Shown here in pieces: positions 17,360 through 25,262 of a stretch of 52,973 bases of DNA; position 1 is the stretch's first letter; each line of letters begins with the position of its first letter. This DNA is from Candidatus Micrarchaeia archaeon (GTDB lineage Archaea; Micrarchaeota; Micrarchaeia; Micrarchaeales; Micrarchaeaceae): contig JBMFUN010000001.1 of assembly GCA_049966495.1 (NCBI GenBank), positions 1-52,973 of the forward strand, given 5' to 3'. The notes beneath the pieces are model-generated. The model ran no database searches and was not told where the DNA came from. It saw nothing but the letters and a program-made list of their open reading frames with translations. The position numbers and the translations under genes are program-made.

Positions 17360-17824
17360 TCACCTTGTCTTAAGCTCACTGAGCACGCTGATAAGCTTCT
17401 CCTTTATTGGGTTGACTCTTGAATCTATATAGCTGCCAACCCATGCGCTTATGTCGCTCAGGTCGGCATTTTCCGGCCTTGAAAGGAAGTATTTTCCCTT
17501 CGCATTGCCCACTATGCCCGCCCTTTTCATCTGAAGCAGATGGTACCTGAGGGTTTTCTCATTTATGGGGCTCCACTTGCTGCCTATATATTCCATGAGC
17601 TCTGGCACTTCCGGATCTTTCCTCTCTTGAAACTGAAAGTATAACATTGCGTCAAGCACAGAGACAGCGCTCAGCCTTGACTCCCCAGGACTTATTATGC
17701 CAAGCGCAAGTGCCAGCCACCTCACTATAGATCTTCTGGTCTCTGTTACATCTTTTGTAATCCTGAGCTCGCGAAGATTGAGTTCGCTAAGTATAAGCTT
17801 TGATTCATTGATCTCCATAAACAC
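17360..17824 (-). CDS. Hypothetical protein with a winged-helix-like segment
   Basis: 154 aa. KTLRYHLLQMKRAGIVGNAKGKYFLS resembles a wHTH recognition helix plus wing. Its stop lies 9 nt upstream of the surface-protein start. Confidence 0.5.
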   Translation of the reverse strand: MFMEINESKLILSELNLRELRITKDVTETRRSIVRWLALALGIISPGESRLSAVSVLDAMLYFQFQERKDPEVPELMEYIGSKWSPINEKTLRYHLLQMKRAGIVGNAKGKYFLSRPENADLSDISAWVGSYIDSRVNPIKEKLISVLSELKTR

Positions 17825-17944
17825 ACCTAAGGCAGATCTTGTATGCTTTTATACCTTTTCTATTTAATATTTTTTCTATTTGTATTAATAAGGTTTATTA
17901 TTTATAATACTTTTATTTATAGTTTAAGATAACTTAGGTCTTAG

Positions 17945-18328
17945 GTGGTCATTTTGGGAAATATAAACATCGAATCCAAGATAGAGCCCAATGTGCTAAG
18001 GGCATATTTTAAGAACGAGGCTCTTCTTTCAATGATTTTTGAGAACAAATATGATAAAATTCTTTGGTGCGAATCCGAGATACATGTTGAGAAACCCCTT
18101 TCCCTGGCGCCTGACAAGGAGCTGGAGGTTGGCAAAACCAGGATAGGCCTCCTCAAGCCCAGTGAAAAAAAGGAGAAAGCTGTCAAAATTTACACAATGC
18201 CCAACAACTTTCCGAACGATTACAAGTTCACTATCGTGCTTTATGCTTACGATGAGGATGGCGCTATAGAGGAGCGCGCGGAATATTCTGATACGGTAAA
18301 GTGTGTTGAGAATGGCAAAAACATATAG
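17945..18328 (+). CDS. Hypothetical protein (127 aa)
   Basis: Track ORF with a GTG start. No motif recognised; beta-rich. Confidence 0.4.
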   Translation: MVILGNINIESKIEPNVLRAYFKNEALLSMIFENKYDKILWCESEIHVEKPLSLAPDKELEVGKTRIGLLKPSEKKEKAVKIYTMPNNFPNDYKFTIVLYAYDEDGAIEERAEYSDTVKCVENGKNI

Positions 18329-18575
18329 AATAAGCAAAGGAAATGATTATGTTATAGTCACAGTAGACGATAGTGGCGCCTATATTATAAGAGACAGCGC
18401 AGGGAGGAAGGTGTTTCTATCCAGATACCAGGCTAAGCTCATGAAGTTTGGAATAGAAAACATCTTGGGAAAGGCACTCGGCGATGCTGATACCAAGGAC
18501 CTAAAGATAGAGGAAATAAGCTTTAGTGATGAAAACAAAAACAACAATCAGGACAAACAAACAAGTAAACAGTGA
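18312..18575 (+). CDS. Hypothetical protein (87 aa) with a low-complexity N/K/Q-rich tail
   Basis: Track ORF 18303..18575; the ATG is at 18312 (MAKTYRISKG...). Overlaps the preceding ORF by 17 nt. Confidence 0.4.
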   Translation: MAKTYRISKGNDYVIVTVDDSGAYIIRDSAGRKVFLSRYQAKLMKFGIENILGKALGDADTKDLKIEEISFSDENKNNNQDKQTSKQ

Positions 18576-18600
18576 AGCATAAGCATTAAGCATCAAACGA

Positions 18601-18762
18601 TTATGAGACCGAAAGAGAGGTAGAGCCTTTTATCCTCCTGTTCATCAATATTCCATTCTTGTAGCATTTTGATGAGCAGAAGTAAGTGATTCTGCCATCT
18701 TTGAAAACATACATTATACCTGTACCTTTCTTTACATCTTTGCCGCAATAGGAGCACTTCAT
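18601..18762 (-). CDS. rpl24e: 50S ribosomal protein L24e (53 aa; below the ORF-track size cut-off)
   Basis: Manual translation gives [53 protein letters not shown]. It has the C-x2-C ... C-x3-C zinc-ribbon layout and the GTG.MYV.KDG...YFCSSKC signature of L24e. Sits 4 nt downstream of S28e. Confidence 0.85.
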   Translation of the reverse strand: MKCSYCGKDVKKGTGIMYVFKDGRITYFCSSKCYKNGILMNRRIKGSTSLSVS

Positions 18763-18766
18763 GCGA

Positions 18767-19003
18767 TCACTTTACCTTTATCTCTCTTGCTTCCCTGCTT
18801 GTGTCTGGAAGCCTTATTATGTCCCCCACTTTTATCGGGCCTAAAACGGTTCGCCTTATGATCCTGCCCTTGTCTTGGCCTTCAAGTATCTGCGCTGAAA
18901 CAAGGTATATTTCACCAGATACGCCAGTCTTCTGCTCCCGGTTCACGCTAACTATTTCAGCCAGAAAACCTGCAAACTGCCTCTTTGGCTGCTCCTCTGC
19001 CAT
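18767..19003 (-). CDS. rps28e: 30S ribosomal protein S28e
   Basis: [50 protein letters not shown] matches the S28e signature. The ATG at 19003 is preferred over the GTG at 19012. Confidence 0.92.
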   Translation of the reverse strand: MAEEQPKRQFAGFLAEIVSVNREQKTGVSGEIYLVSAQILEGQDKGRIIRRTVLGPIKVGDIIRLPDTSREAREIKVK

Positions 19004-19021
19004 AGGTACCACAAAGCTTTA

Positions 19022-19441
19022 TTACTTCTTTTGCTGGGCCTGCTTGGCCTCAGGCTGCTTTTCAGCCTTCTCCTTCTGCGATACTCCAGTAACCTTTGAG
19101 ATTATGTCCTTTATCGAAGGCTCGGCTTTGCCCGGATTTTCAACAGCTATTGCTGTGCATGGAACGTTGAGGCCTATCGCCTTGCCCAAATCAAGCTTGC
19201 TTGGAACATACGAATAAGGGATCTTTTTCTGCTCGCATATCTTTGGTATGTGCATAACCACTTCTTCCGGCTCGACATCCTCTGCTATCACCACAAAAGA
19301 AGCAAGTCCGCGCTCTACGCTTTTTGTTACCTCATTTGCGCCTTTCCTTACTACGCCTGACTGCTTGGCAAGCTGCAGCGCCTCGTATGTCTTGTCAGCT
19401 ACATCTTTAGATACCTCAAACTTCACGTATGATTTTGCCAT
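19022..19441 (-). CDS. rpl7ae: 50S ribosomal protein L7Ae (k-turn binding) with a short K/Q-rich C-terminal tail
   Basis: VRKGANEVTKSVERGLASFVVIAEDVEPEEVVMHIPKICEQKKIPYSYVPSKLDLGKAIG is canonical L7Ae. Met29 of track ORF 19022..19525 is chosen as the start: it gives MAKSYVKFEV, the normal N-terminus, and a k-turn-like hairpin lies just upstream. Confidence 0.92.
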   Translation of the reverse strand: MAKSYVKFEVSKDVADKTYEALQLAKQSGVVRKGANEVTKSVERGLASFVVIAEDVEPEEVVMHIPKICEQKKIPYSYVPSKLDLGKAIGLNVPCTAIAVENPGKAEPSIKDIISKVTGVSQKEKAEKQPEAKQAQQKK

Positions 19442-19447
19442 ATACAA

Positions 19448-19473
19448 CACCGTCGGTTTTACTTCATCCAGTG
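19448..19473 (-). promoter_or_regulatory. Putative k-turn (K-loop) hairpin in the L7Ae 5' UTR
   Basis: Minus-strand RNA is 5'-CACUG GAU GA AG UAAAA CC GA CGGUG-3'. 5-bp C-stem (CACUG/CGGUG, one G.U pair), 3-nt bulge GAU, tandem G.A/A.G positions, A.C then G-C, and a 5-nt loop. It ends 6 nt before the ATG at 19441. Confidence 0.5.
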
Positions 19474-19569
19474 GATAAAGAGTATAGAATTTATTCCTAT
19501 TAAGGTATTTAAAGCTTTTTGTCATTCGGCGCTTGCTAAAAAGTCAAATTCTTGATAAAAACCGTTGCA

Positions 19570-19980
19570 TTAGTCGCCAAAGCTGGAGTCAGCCTTGTTG
19601 TCTACTATGACTTTTGCATTTGGATATTCGTGCTTCAATGCCAGGCTTATCTCTTCAGCAAGCTTGCCGTATGATGTAGCATGCCTGCCTCGCAATAAAC
19701 TGTTCAACCCAAAGAGTATGCCTAAGCCTCTCAGCCCATCAGTCTTGAGGTGCACATATATCCTGTCTTCATCAAGGACGACTGAGGCCACGTAATACCT
19801 GCGGTTTGGTTCTCTTCCGTATATCCTTTCCATGAAAATATCAGCCCATTTTTCAATTATTGGATTAGTTGTTAGTGAATCAAATGAAAGACTCTCAGAT
19901 TTTGCCGCCTGCCTTATCTTGCTCATGACAATGCTTCCTGCCTTTTCAGTTTCTATGCTTAAGCTGGCATCTCTCTCCAT
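19570..19980 (-). CDS. Hypothetical protein (136 aa)
   Basis: Track ORF. No motif recognised. Alternative start at Met19 (MSKIRQ, 19926). Confidence 0.4.
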   Translation of the reverse strand: MERDASLSIETEKAGSIVMSKIRQAAKSESLSFDSLTTNPIIEKWADIFMERIYGREPNRRYYVASVVLDEDRIYVHLKTDGLRGLGILFGLNSLLRGRHATSYGKLAEEISLALKHEYPNAKVIVDNKADSSFGD

Positions 19981-20067
19981 CTTATTACCAAAATATTGTA
20001 GGTTTTACAAGTATAAAAATTTTTGATTATTGCCTATTAAGCGAAACAACTTTAAAAATGATCAAAT

Positions 20068-20943
20068 TTATAGGAATGTAAGCATAATATATCCAATAGT
20101 TGCGACTATGAAGCCGATCTTTTGCTTTGTATTGATGACCTCTTTATATGCAAAATAGCCTATAAGCCATATTGCAACGGGCGCCACTGAAAGTATCGTT
20201 CCGGCCAATGCAACGTTGTTTGAAAATGAAATCACTGTAAAGAGTAGATTCGCCGTGCCGTCCAAGATGCCAACTCCTATTGCCAACAAAGACATTGCGT
20301 AAAGTGTGTTTTTCGCTATTCTATTTCCTTTTATTCTTGCTTCGCCTTTCTCATGGCTTAGTATGTATGCTGCGGCAAATACAGCAGCGAAAATCCTTAT
20401 AAGCAGTATCGGAAAGACAAAGGATTTGTAATAGAATATTGCAATAATCACAAAAAACCAATAGAGCGCCCATGAAATATTCCCTACTATTGAGGGAACC
20501 AATTTTTTATTTATCTCAAGGCCTTTTGTAAGGGTTATCAATGCAATTCCCAAAAATATTACCAACATGCAGATCAATTGCACCTGTGTTAAATGCTCCC
20601 CGAGTGCAAGCACACCGAATATTATCAGAAGAGGAGGCTGTATCTCTTCAATTACATACGCATTTGAAATTCCTGATGTATTGACTGATCTGTATACAAG
20701 TGCAAAACCCAAAAAAAGCGCAAATCCCGCTACTACAGTAAGAGCAAGCATTATTGGTAAGTGATGCATTCCAATTCCTGCCCCGCTTGCAACCCAGAGC
20801 AAAAGCATTGGGATTATGCCTGCAAATACAACAATGAGCTGTGATTTTTTTACTCCTATCCTGTTTATAAATTTCTTAGAAATAGAATCCACTACAACCC
20901 ATAGAAAAGCAGCTGAATAGGCGTAAACCTCTATACTGAGCAT
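20068..20943 (-). CDS. EamA/DMT-family transporter
   Basis: 291 aa, about 10 TM helices in two similar halves, typical EamA composition. Confidence 0.7.
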   Translation of the reverse strand: MLSIEVYAYSAAFLWVVVDSISKKFINRIGVKKSQLIVVFAGIIPMLLLWVASGAGIGMHHLPIMLALTVVAGFALFLGFALVYRSVNTSGISNAYVIEEIQPPLLIIFGVLALGEHLTQVQLICMLVIFLGIALITLTKGLEINKKLVPSIVGNISWALYWFFVIIAIFYYKSFVFPILLIRIFAAVFAAAYILSHEKGEARIKGNRIAKNTLYAMSLLAIGVGILDGTANLLFTVISFSNNVALAGTILSVAPVAIWLIGYFAYKEVINTKQKIGFIVATIGYIMLTFL

Positions 20944-21011
20944 AAGAAAGTTTTGTTACAAAAATTTAAATATATGGCATAAGGCATGCAATGCAAAGCT
21001 TGTATCATACA

Positions 21012-21416
21012 TCATACAATTCTAGATTGCCTAGCGAGCTTGTGGCCCTTCGCCTTGAGCTCTATCTCATAGAACCAGCCAAATGCGAGCTTCTTGGTTG
21101 AGAAGCTTTTAGAAAGCTCTTCCGCAAGCTTTGATGTTGCACTCTGCGCGAATTCAGGGCTCGAAAGCTCCCCGAACATGTGAGCATAAGGATTGATGAC
21201 TATTTCTTTTGTACCCACACTTTCTGCAATTTCTCTTATCGCCCTTGCTCCATCATCTATTATGCTGAGCCTTTGCTCATCGCCCTTTTCAAAACTTACA
21301 AACACAATAAGGGATTCTCCAGTGCTTACGGGCTCTGCGCTTTCAGCGATTTTTGAACGCCCGCGCTCTGTTGGGTTAGCCCTGAAATAGTCAAGATGCC
21401 AAGCCATGAATCGCAT
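21012..21416 (-). CDS. Free-standing archaeal ThrRS-type editing domain (tRNA-Thr-ED / DTD-like fold), 134 aa
   Basis: Collinear with the N-terminal editing domain of Pyrococcus ThrRS as I remember it: MR..L.H.DY start, VFVSFEK, NPYAHMFGELSSPEFA, FGWFYEIELKAKGHKLARQSRIV. No catalytic or anticodon-binding domain follows. Starts 4 nt after the EF-2 stop. Confidence 0.75.
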   Translation of the reverse strand: MRFMAWHLDYFRANPTERGRSKIAESAEPVSTGESLIVFVSFEKGDEQRLSIIDDGARAIREIAESVGTKEIVINPYAHMFGELSSPEFAQSATSKLAEELSKSFSTKKLAFGWFYEIELKAKGHKLARQSRIV

Positions 21417-21420
21417 GCAC

Positions 21421-23622
21421 TCAGTCCAAAAACTGGCTTGGAGTTGGCGGCTCGGGAGGCTGGCCCTTCCTAGTGCGTATCTCCCTTACAATCTTCTCCT
21501 GCAGCTCTTCAGGCAGCTTCTCATAGCCAGCAAACTCGTAATACCATATCGCCCTTCCTTGCGTCAATCCTCTAAGATCATTGGAAAAGCCTTTTATCAC
21601 TTCCGAAACAGGGATCTTTGCGATTATTACTGCTTGCTCCCTCTCCTGGCCTATGCTCTGTATCACAGACCTCTTGCTCTGCAAAAATGTAATCACATTG
21701 GAGAGGTAATCCTGGGGCATGTTTATCGTAAAGATCTGTTTAGGCTCTAGGAGCTTAACTCCAGCTGTAAGCATCGCAGCATATATGCCGCGCCTTATTG
21801 CCGGTATTACCTGCGCAGGGCCCCTGTGGACAGGGTCTTCATGTATGGTTGCATCGACAATGCTTACAAGCACGCCAGAGCATTTCTCTCTAGCAAGAGG
21901 CCCGTCTTTTACCGCTTCTGTAAACCCGTCAACAACAAGCTCCATCACTTCATTCATGTACTGCACTCCGTGCGTCACATCTGCAAGAATGCAGTTATTA
22001 GAAACATATACCGTGCTCTTTGCTATCTGCCTGTCAAGTCCCGCACTCACCATTGCCTCTATTGCTGCCTGGCCTTTTGGAGCTCCTTCCCTTATGGCTC
22101 CCTCGTCAAGGGCCTTTAGCACAGATTCACTCAGTGGATCAACTTTTATGTAGAACTTTGAATGTCTATTCGGCGTTTTGCTCTCCACGGGGCCAGCGCT
22201 CGAGAGTATTGTTTCGTGATAAACAACAATGGGCTCGCTTGTTATTATAGGAATCTTGAACTCATCTCTGAGCTTTGTCTCTATTATCTCCAAATGCAGT
22301 TCACCCATTCCGCTCACAAGGTGCTCCCCTGTCTCCTGATTTATTTCAACCTTTATAGTTGGATCCTGCTTTGAAAGCTCCCTCAGCGCCTCTATGAGCT
22401 TTGTGGTATCCCTTGAATCCTTTGCCTCTATCGCCTTTGTTACGACTGGCTTGGAATAGTGGACTATCTGCTCGAAAGGCTCTATCGGCTTGCCCTCACT
22501 AAGCGTGTCGCCAACAGATACATCTTTAAGGCCTACAAGCGCAACGATGTTGCCAGCAGGTATTGATTCAACAGTGACACGATCCCTTCCCATGTATATG
22601 CCCACCTGCTGCAGCCTCTGGGTCTGGGCCCTTCCTGAGATATAAAGCTCTGTGCCCTTTCTCGCTGTGCCTGAGAATATTCTGCCTACTGCCACTTCGC
22701 CGCTGTGCTCATCATAGGTTATACCAAAAACTACAATGCTCGCCTTAGCGTTTGCATCCACATCCAGCATCGCCCTTCCTTCCTCGCTGTTCAAGTCGCC
22801 ATGCCATATCTGCGGTATCCTGTACTTCTGGGCAACCTTGGGCGAAGGCAGATGCTCAACGACCATGGCAAGCGTTGCCTCGTCAATAGGCGCGATCTCC
22901 TGGAGCTTTTTCAAGCCCTCCTCACCCTGCGCAGTAAGCTCGAACACGTGCTTGAAGTTCACGTTGTTCTTCTTCATTAAATACATGGATATGGCCCACT
23001 TATCCATTGCAGAGCCGAAAACAACGCTGCCGTCTTCCACACTTACGCGCCATTTGCCTATGAATTCCTCAGGCACATACTGGTCTATAAGCTTGTTTAT
23101 GTCATTTATTAGGTTTAGCAGCCTCTCGTATGTCTGCTCAGGTGTAAGCCTGAGCTCGTTTATGAGCCTGTCAACCTTGTTGACAAAAAGCACGGGCTTT
23201 GCCTTTTCCTTCAGTGCCTGCCTCAAAACAGTCTCTGTTTGGGGCATTACCCCCTCTACAGGATCCACAAGGAGCACAACTCCGTCAACAGCCCTCATCG
23301 ACCTTGTCACATAGCCACCAAAATCTACGTGGCCCGGTGTATCGATAAGGTTTATTATATACTCCTTTCCCTTGTATTCATAGCCTAGGGAGATGTTTGC
23401 AGATTTTATCGTAAGGCGCCTGTCCTTCTCTATCTGCTCGTAATTGGTATAGAGCACTTCTCCAGCTACAGCCTTGGATATTATGCCTGCCTGCGCAAGG
23501 AGCGAATCTGTAAGCGTTGTCTTGCCATGATGCACATGGGCTATTATCGCTATGTTGCGTATCTGGTCTATATTGCTCATAAGTTTTGATATTTCCTCTA
23601 CAACATATTCCTTCCTTACCAT
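21421..23622 (-). CDS. fusA: Translation elongation factor aEF-2
   Basis: AHVHHGKTTLTDSLL (G1), DTPGHVDF, NKVDR, and the diphthamide-loop motif HEDPVHRGPAQ. Met8 of the track ORF is chosen as the start (MVRKEY...); this avoids overlap with the S7 stop. Confidence 0.97.
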   Translation of the reverse strand: MVRKEYVVEEISKLMSNIDQIRNIAIIAHVHHGKTTLTDSLLAQAGIISKAVAGEVLYTNYEQIEKDRRLTIKSANISLGYEYKGKEYIINLIDTPGHVDFGGYVTRSMRAVDGVVLLVDPVEGVMPQTETVLRQALKEKAKPVLFVNKVDRLINELRLTPEQTYERLLNLINDINKLIDQYVPEEFIGKWRVSVEDGSVVFGSAMDKWAISMYLMKKNNVNFKHVFELTAQGEEGLKKLQEIAPIDEATLAMVVEHLPSPKVAQKYRIPQIWHGDLNSEEGRAMLDVDANAKASIVVFGITYDEHSGEVAVGRIFSGTARKGTELYISGRAQTQRLQQVGIYMGRDRVTVESIPAGNIVALVGLKDVSVGDTLSEGKPIEPFEQIVHYSKPVVTKAIEAKDSRDTTKLIEALRELSKQDPTIKVEINQETGEHLVSGMGELHLEIIETKLRDEFKIPIITSEPIVVYHETILSSAGPVESKTPNRHSKFYIKVDPLSESVLKALDEGAIREGAPKGQAAIEAMVSAGLDRQIAKSTVYVSNNCILADVTHGVQYMNEVMELVVDGFTEAVKDGPLAREKCSGVLVSIVDATIHEDPVHRGPAQVIPAIRRGIYAAMLTAGVKLLEPKQIFTINMPQDYLSNVITFLQSKRSVIQSIGQEREQAVIIAKIPVSEVIKGFSNDLRGLTQGRAIWYYEFAGYEKLPEELQEKIVREIRTRKGQPPEPPTPSQFLD

Positions 23623-23632
23623 AAGAACCACG

Positions 23633-24382
23633 TCACTTTGCACTCCTTGCCATTCTCTCTATCTCATTCTTGCGCTTTATCGCGTAGCTGTTTGGATCGT
23701 TTCTTGATGCAAGAATTAGCTCATTGGCAAGAACCTCCACTATGTCCTTTTTGCTTCCAAAAGCGCCTATTATGGTTGCCATTGCTATGTTCCTTAGCGC
23801 TATGTCAAGCCTCCTGCTCGCACTCACATCGACAGCGACATTTGAGGTTATGCCTCCATATATAACTCTTGTTGTATCTTCTATCGGGGCGCAATACTCT
23901 AATGCATCTATAAGAACTTGGAGTGGGTTCTGCCCTGTCTGCTTGTTTATTATGTCAAAGGCCTTTTCGACGATCTTTATTACCTTAAGCTTTTTGCCTT
24001 GCAGCCTGCCTTCGGTTCTTATCACGTGGCCGCTTATCTTGTCACCTGTGCCGCCGCGCATAAGCGCGTTTTCAAGCCTCTCTACAATGTTGATCTGCGC
24101 CTTGGAAAAATCCTTGTTGCTTCCTCTCCTGTATGAGTTTGGATATGCCTCCCTCTTCAAATTTATGTAGTTGCGCAAACTAGGATCATGTATTTCTACA
24201 TTATAGCTGTACTTGTTGAAAAGCATTATCTCGTTGATTCCTATCTCTGTTGCAGGCGTGGGCTGCGGCTTTGGCTTCTTTTTTGCCTTCTGCGTGCCTG
24301 CATTAAGTTCTTCTGCACTTGGCACCTGCTGGCTCTGCTGGGCCTGCTTAACCTGTGCATCTTTGCTTTCATCAGCATTCAT
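23633..24382 (-). CDS. rps7: 30S ribosomal protein S7 (uS7), possibly with a 52-aa low-complexity N-terminal extension
   Basis: The core MLFNKYSYNVEIHDPSLRNYINLK...IVERLENALMRGG...KRKNEIERMARSA is archaeal S7. The ATG at 24382 lies 5 nt after the S12 stop. An alternative start at Met53 (24226) gives the usual length. Confidence 0.93.
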   Translation of the reverse strand: MNADESKDAQVKQAQQSQQVPSAEELNAGTQKAKKKPKPQPTPATEIGINEIMLFNKYSYNVEIHDPSLRNYINLKREAYPNSYRRGSNKDFSKAQINIVERLENALMRGGTGDKISGHVIRTEGRLQGKKLKVIKIVEKAFDIINKQTGQNPLQVLIDALEYCAPIEDTTRVIYGGITSNVAVDVSASRRLDIALRNIAMATIIGAFGSKKDIVEVLANELILASRNDPNSYAIKRKNEIERMARSAK

Positions 24383-24386
24383 TTAA

Positions 24387-24815
24387 TCATCTCTTAGGCT
24401 TTTCCTTCTTGCCCGTCCTTATGAGCTTGAGGTTTACGCCGTTTACCTCGACAACCTTATATTTCATCCCTGGTATGCTTCCCATCTGGCCCCTCTGCGA
24501 GCCCCCGAGCCCTTCTATTGTCACCTCGTCATGCTCGTCTATGAATCCTATTGAGCCATCACCGGGCACATAAGCACCTACAACCTTGCCGTTCTTTATA
24601 AGCTGAACCTTTACGCATTTTATCTGCCCGGAGTGCGGTTGCTTCTGACCTACTGCAAACTTCTGAAGCACAAGCGCCCTCGCCCTTGGCACTGTACCCA
24701 CTGGGTCATATTTCTCTTTAAGCTTGAGCATCTTCCTCTTGAGCCATTTCTTCAACAGCCTTTGGTGCTTTCTCTGCCTCAAAAGCTTCCTTCCTGCAAA
24801 TTCACCGTTGGGCAA
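24387..24815 (-). CDS. rps12: 30S ribosomal protein S12 (uS12)
   Basis: KQPHSGQIKCVKVQLIKNGKVVGAYVPGDGSIGFIDEHDEVTIEGLGG...GSIPGMKYKVVEVNGV is the S12 signature. Confidence 0.95.
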   Translation of the reverse strand: MPNGEFAGRKLLRQRKHQRLLKKWLKRKMLKLKEKYDPVGTVPRARALVLQKFAVGQKQPHSGQIKCVKVQLIKNGKVVGAYVPGDGSIGFIDEHDEVTIEGLGGSQRGQMGSIPGMKYKVVEVNGVNLKLIRTGKKEKPKR

Positions 24816-24842
24816 TCAATCACTCATTATTTTGCTTCTTTA

Positions 24843-25142
24843 TTATTTATTTTCCTCCAATATGCTTGAGTTTCCTGGGTCTATTATCGCAAGCGTCGAG
24901 ACTGAAAAAGGCTTGCCACAAACTGCGCCGAGCTCTATAGGGTTTCCATCGAACGGTATGACCTTTATAGATGCAATCTTTGCGATATGTGTAATGTCAC
25001 TTATGTCGGAGCTTCTTCCTTTATTAGACACAACTACAAGCTTTGCGTCGCTTTTCCTTATGCTTGCTGCTACCTCTTTCACTCCGAACACTACCTTTCC
25101 GCTGTCTACAGCCAGCCTTATACTGCTAGATAAATCTGCCAT
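24843..25142 (-). CDS. rpl30e: 50S ribosomal protein L30e
   Basis: IRLAVDSGKVVFGVKEVAASIRKSDAKLVVVSNK...GNPIELGAVCGKPFSVSTLAIIDPG matches the L30e/L7Ae-fold family. 99 aa. Confidence 0.88.
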   Translation of the reverse strand: MADLSSSIRLAVDSGKVVFGVKEVAASIRKSDAKLVVVSNKGRSSDISDITHIAKIASIKVIPFDGNPIELGAVCGKPFSVSTLAIIDPGNSSILEENK

Positions 25143-25262
25143 ATTACCAGCATGAAAAGCAACAGATTGCTGAGCTTTAAATGTGATTAAATATTATGAA
25201 AGGAAAGGTATAAAAAGGATTATTTCTGCCTATGATGCTATGATGCCACTGTGCCTGTCATT

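Noticed and set aside
25225-25250. Tandem TATGATGC TATGATGC resembling C-box (RUGAUGA) elements of a C/D box sRNA
   Set aside because: The boxes end in C rather than A. No D box (CUGA) or terminal stem lies at a suitable distance on either strand.
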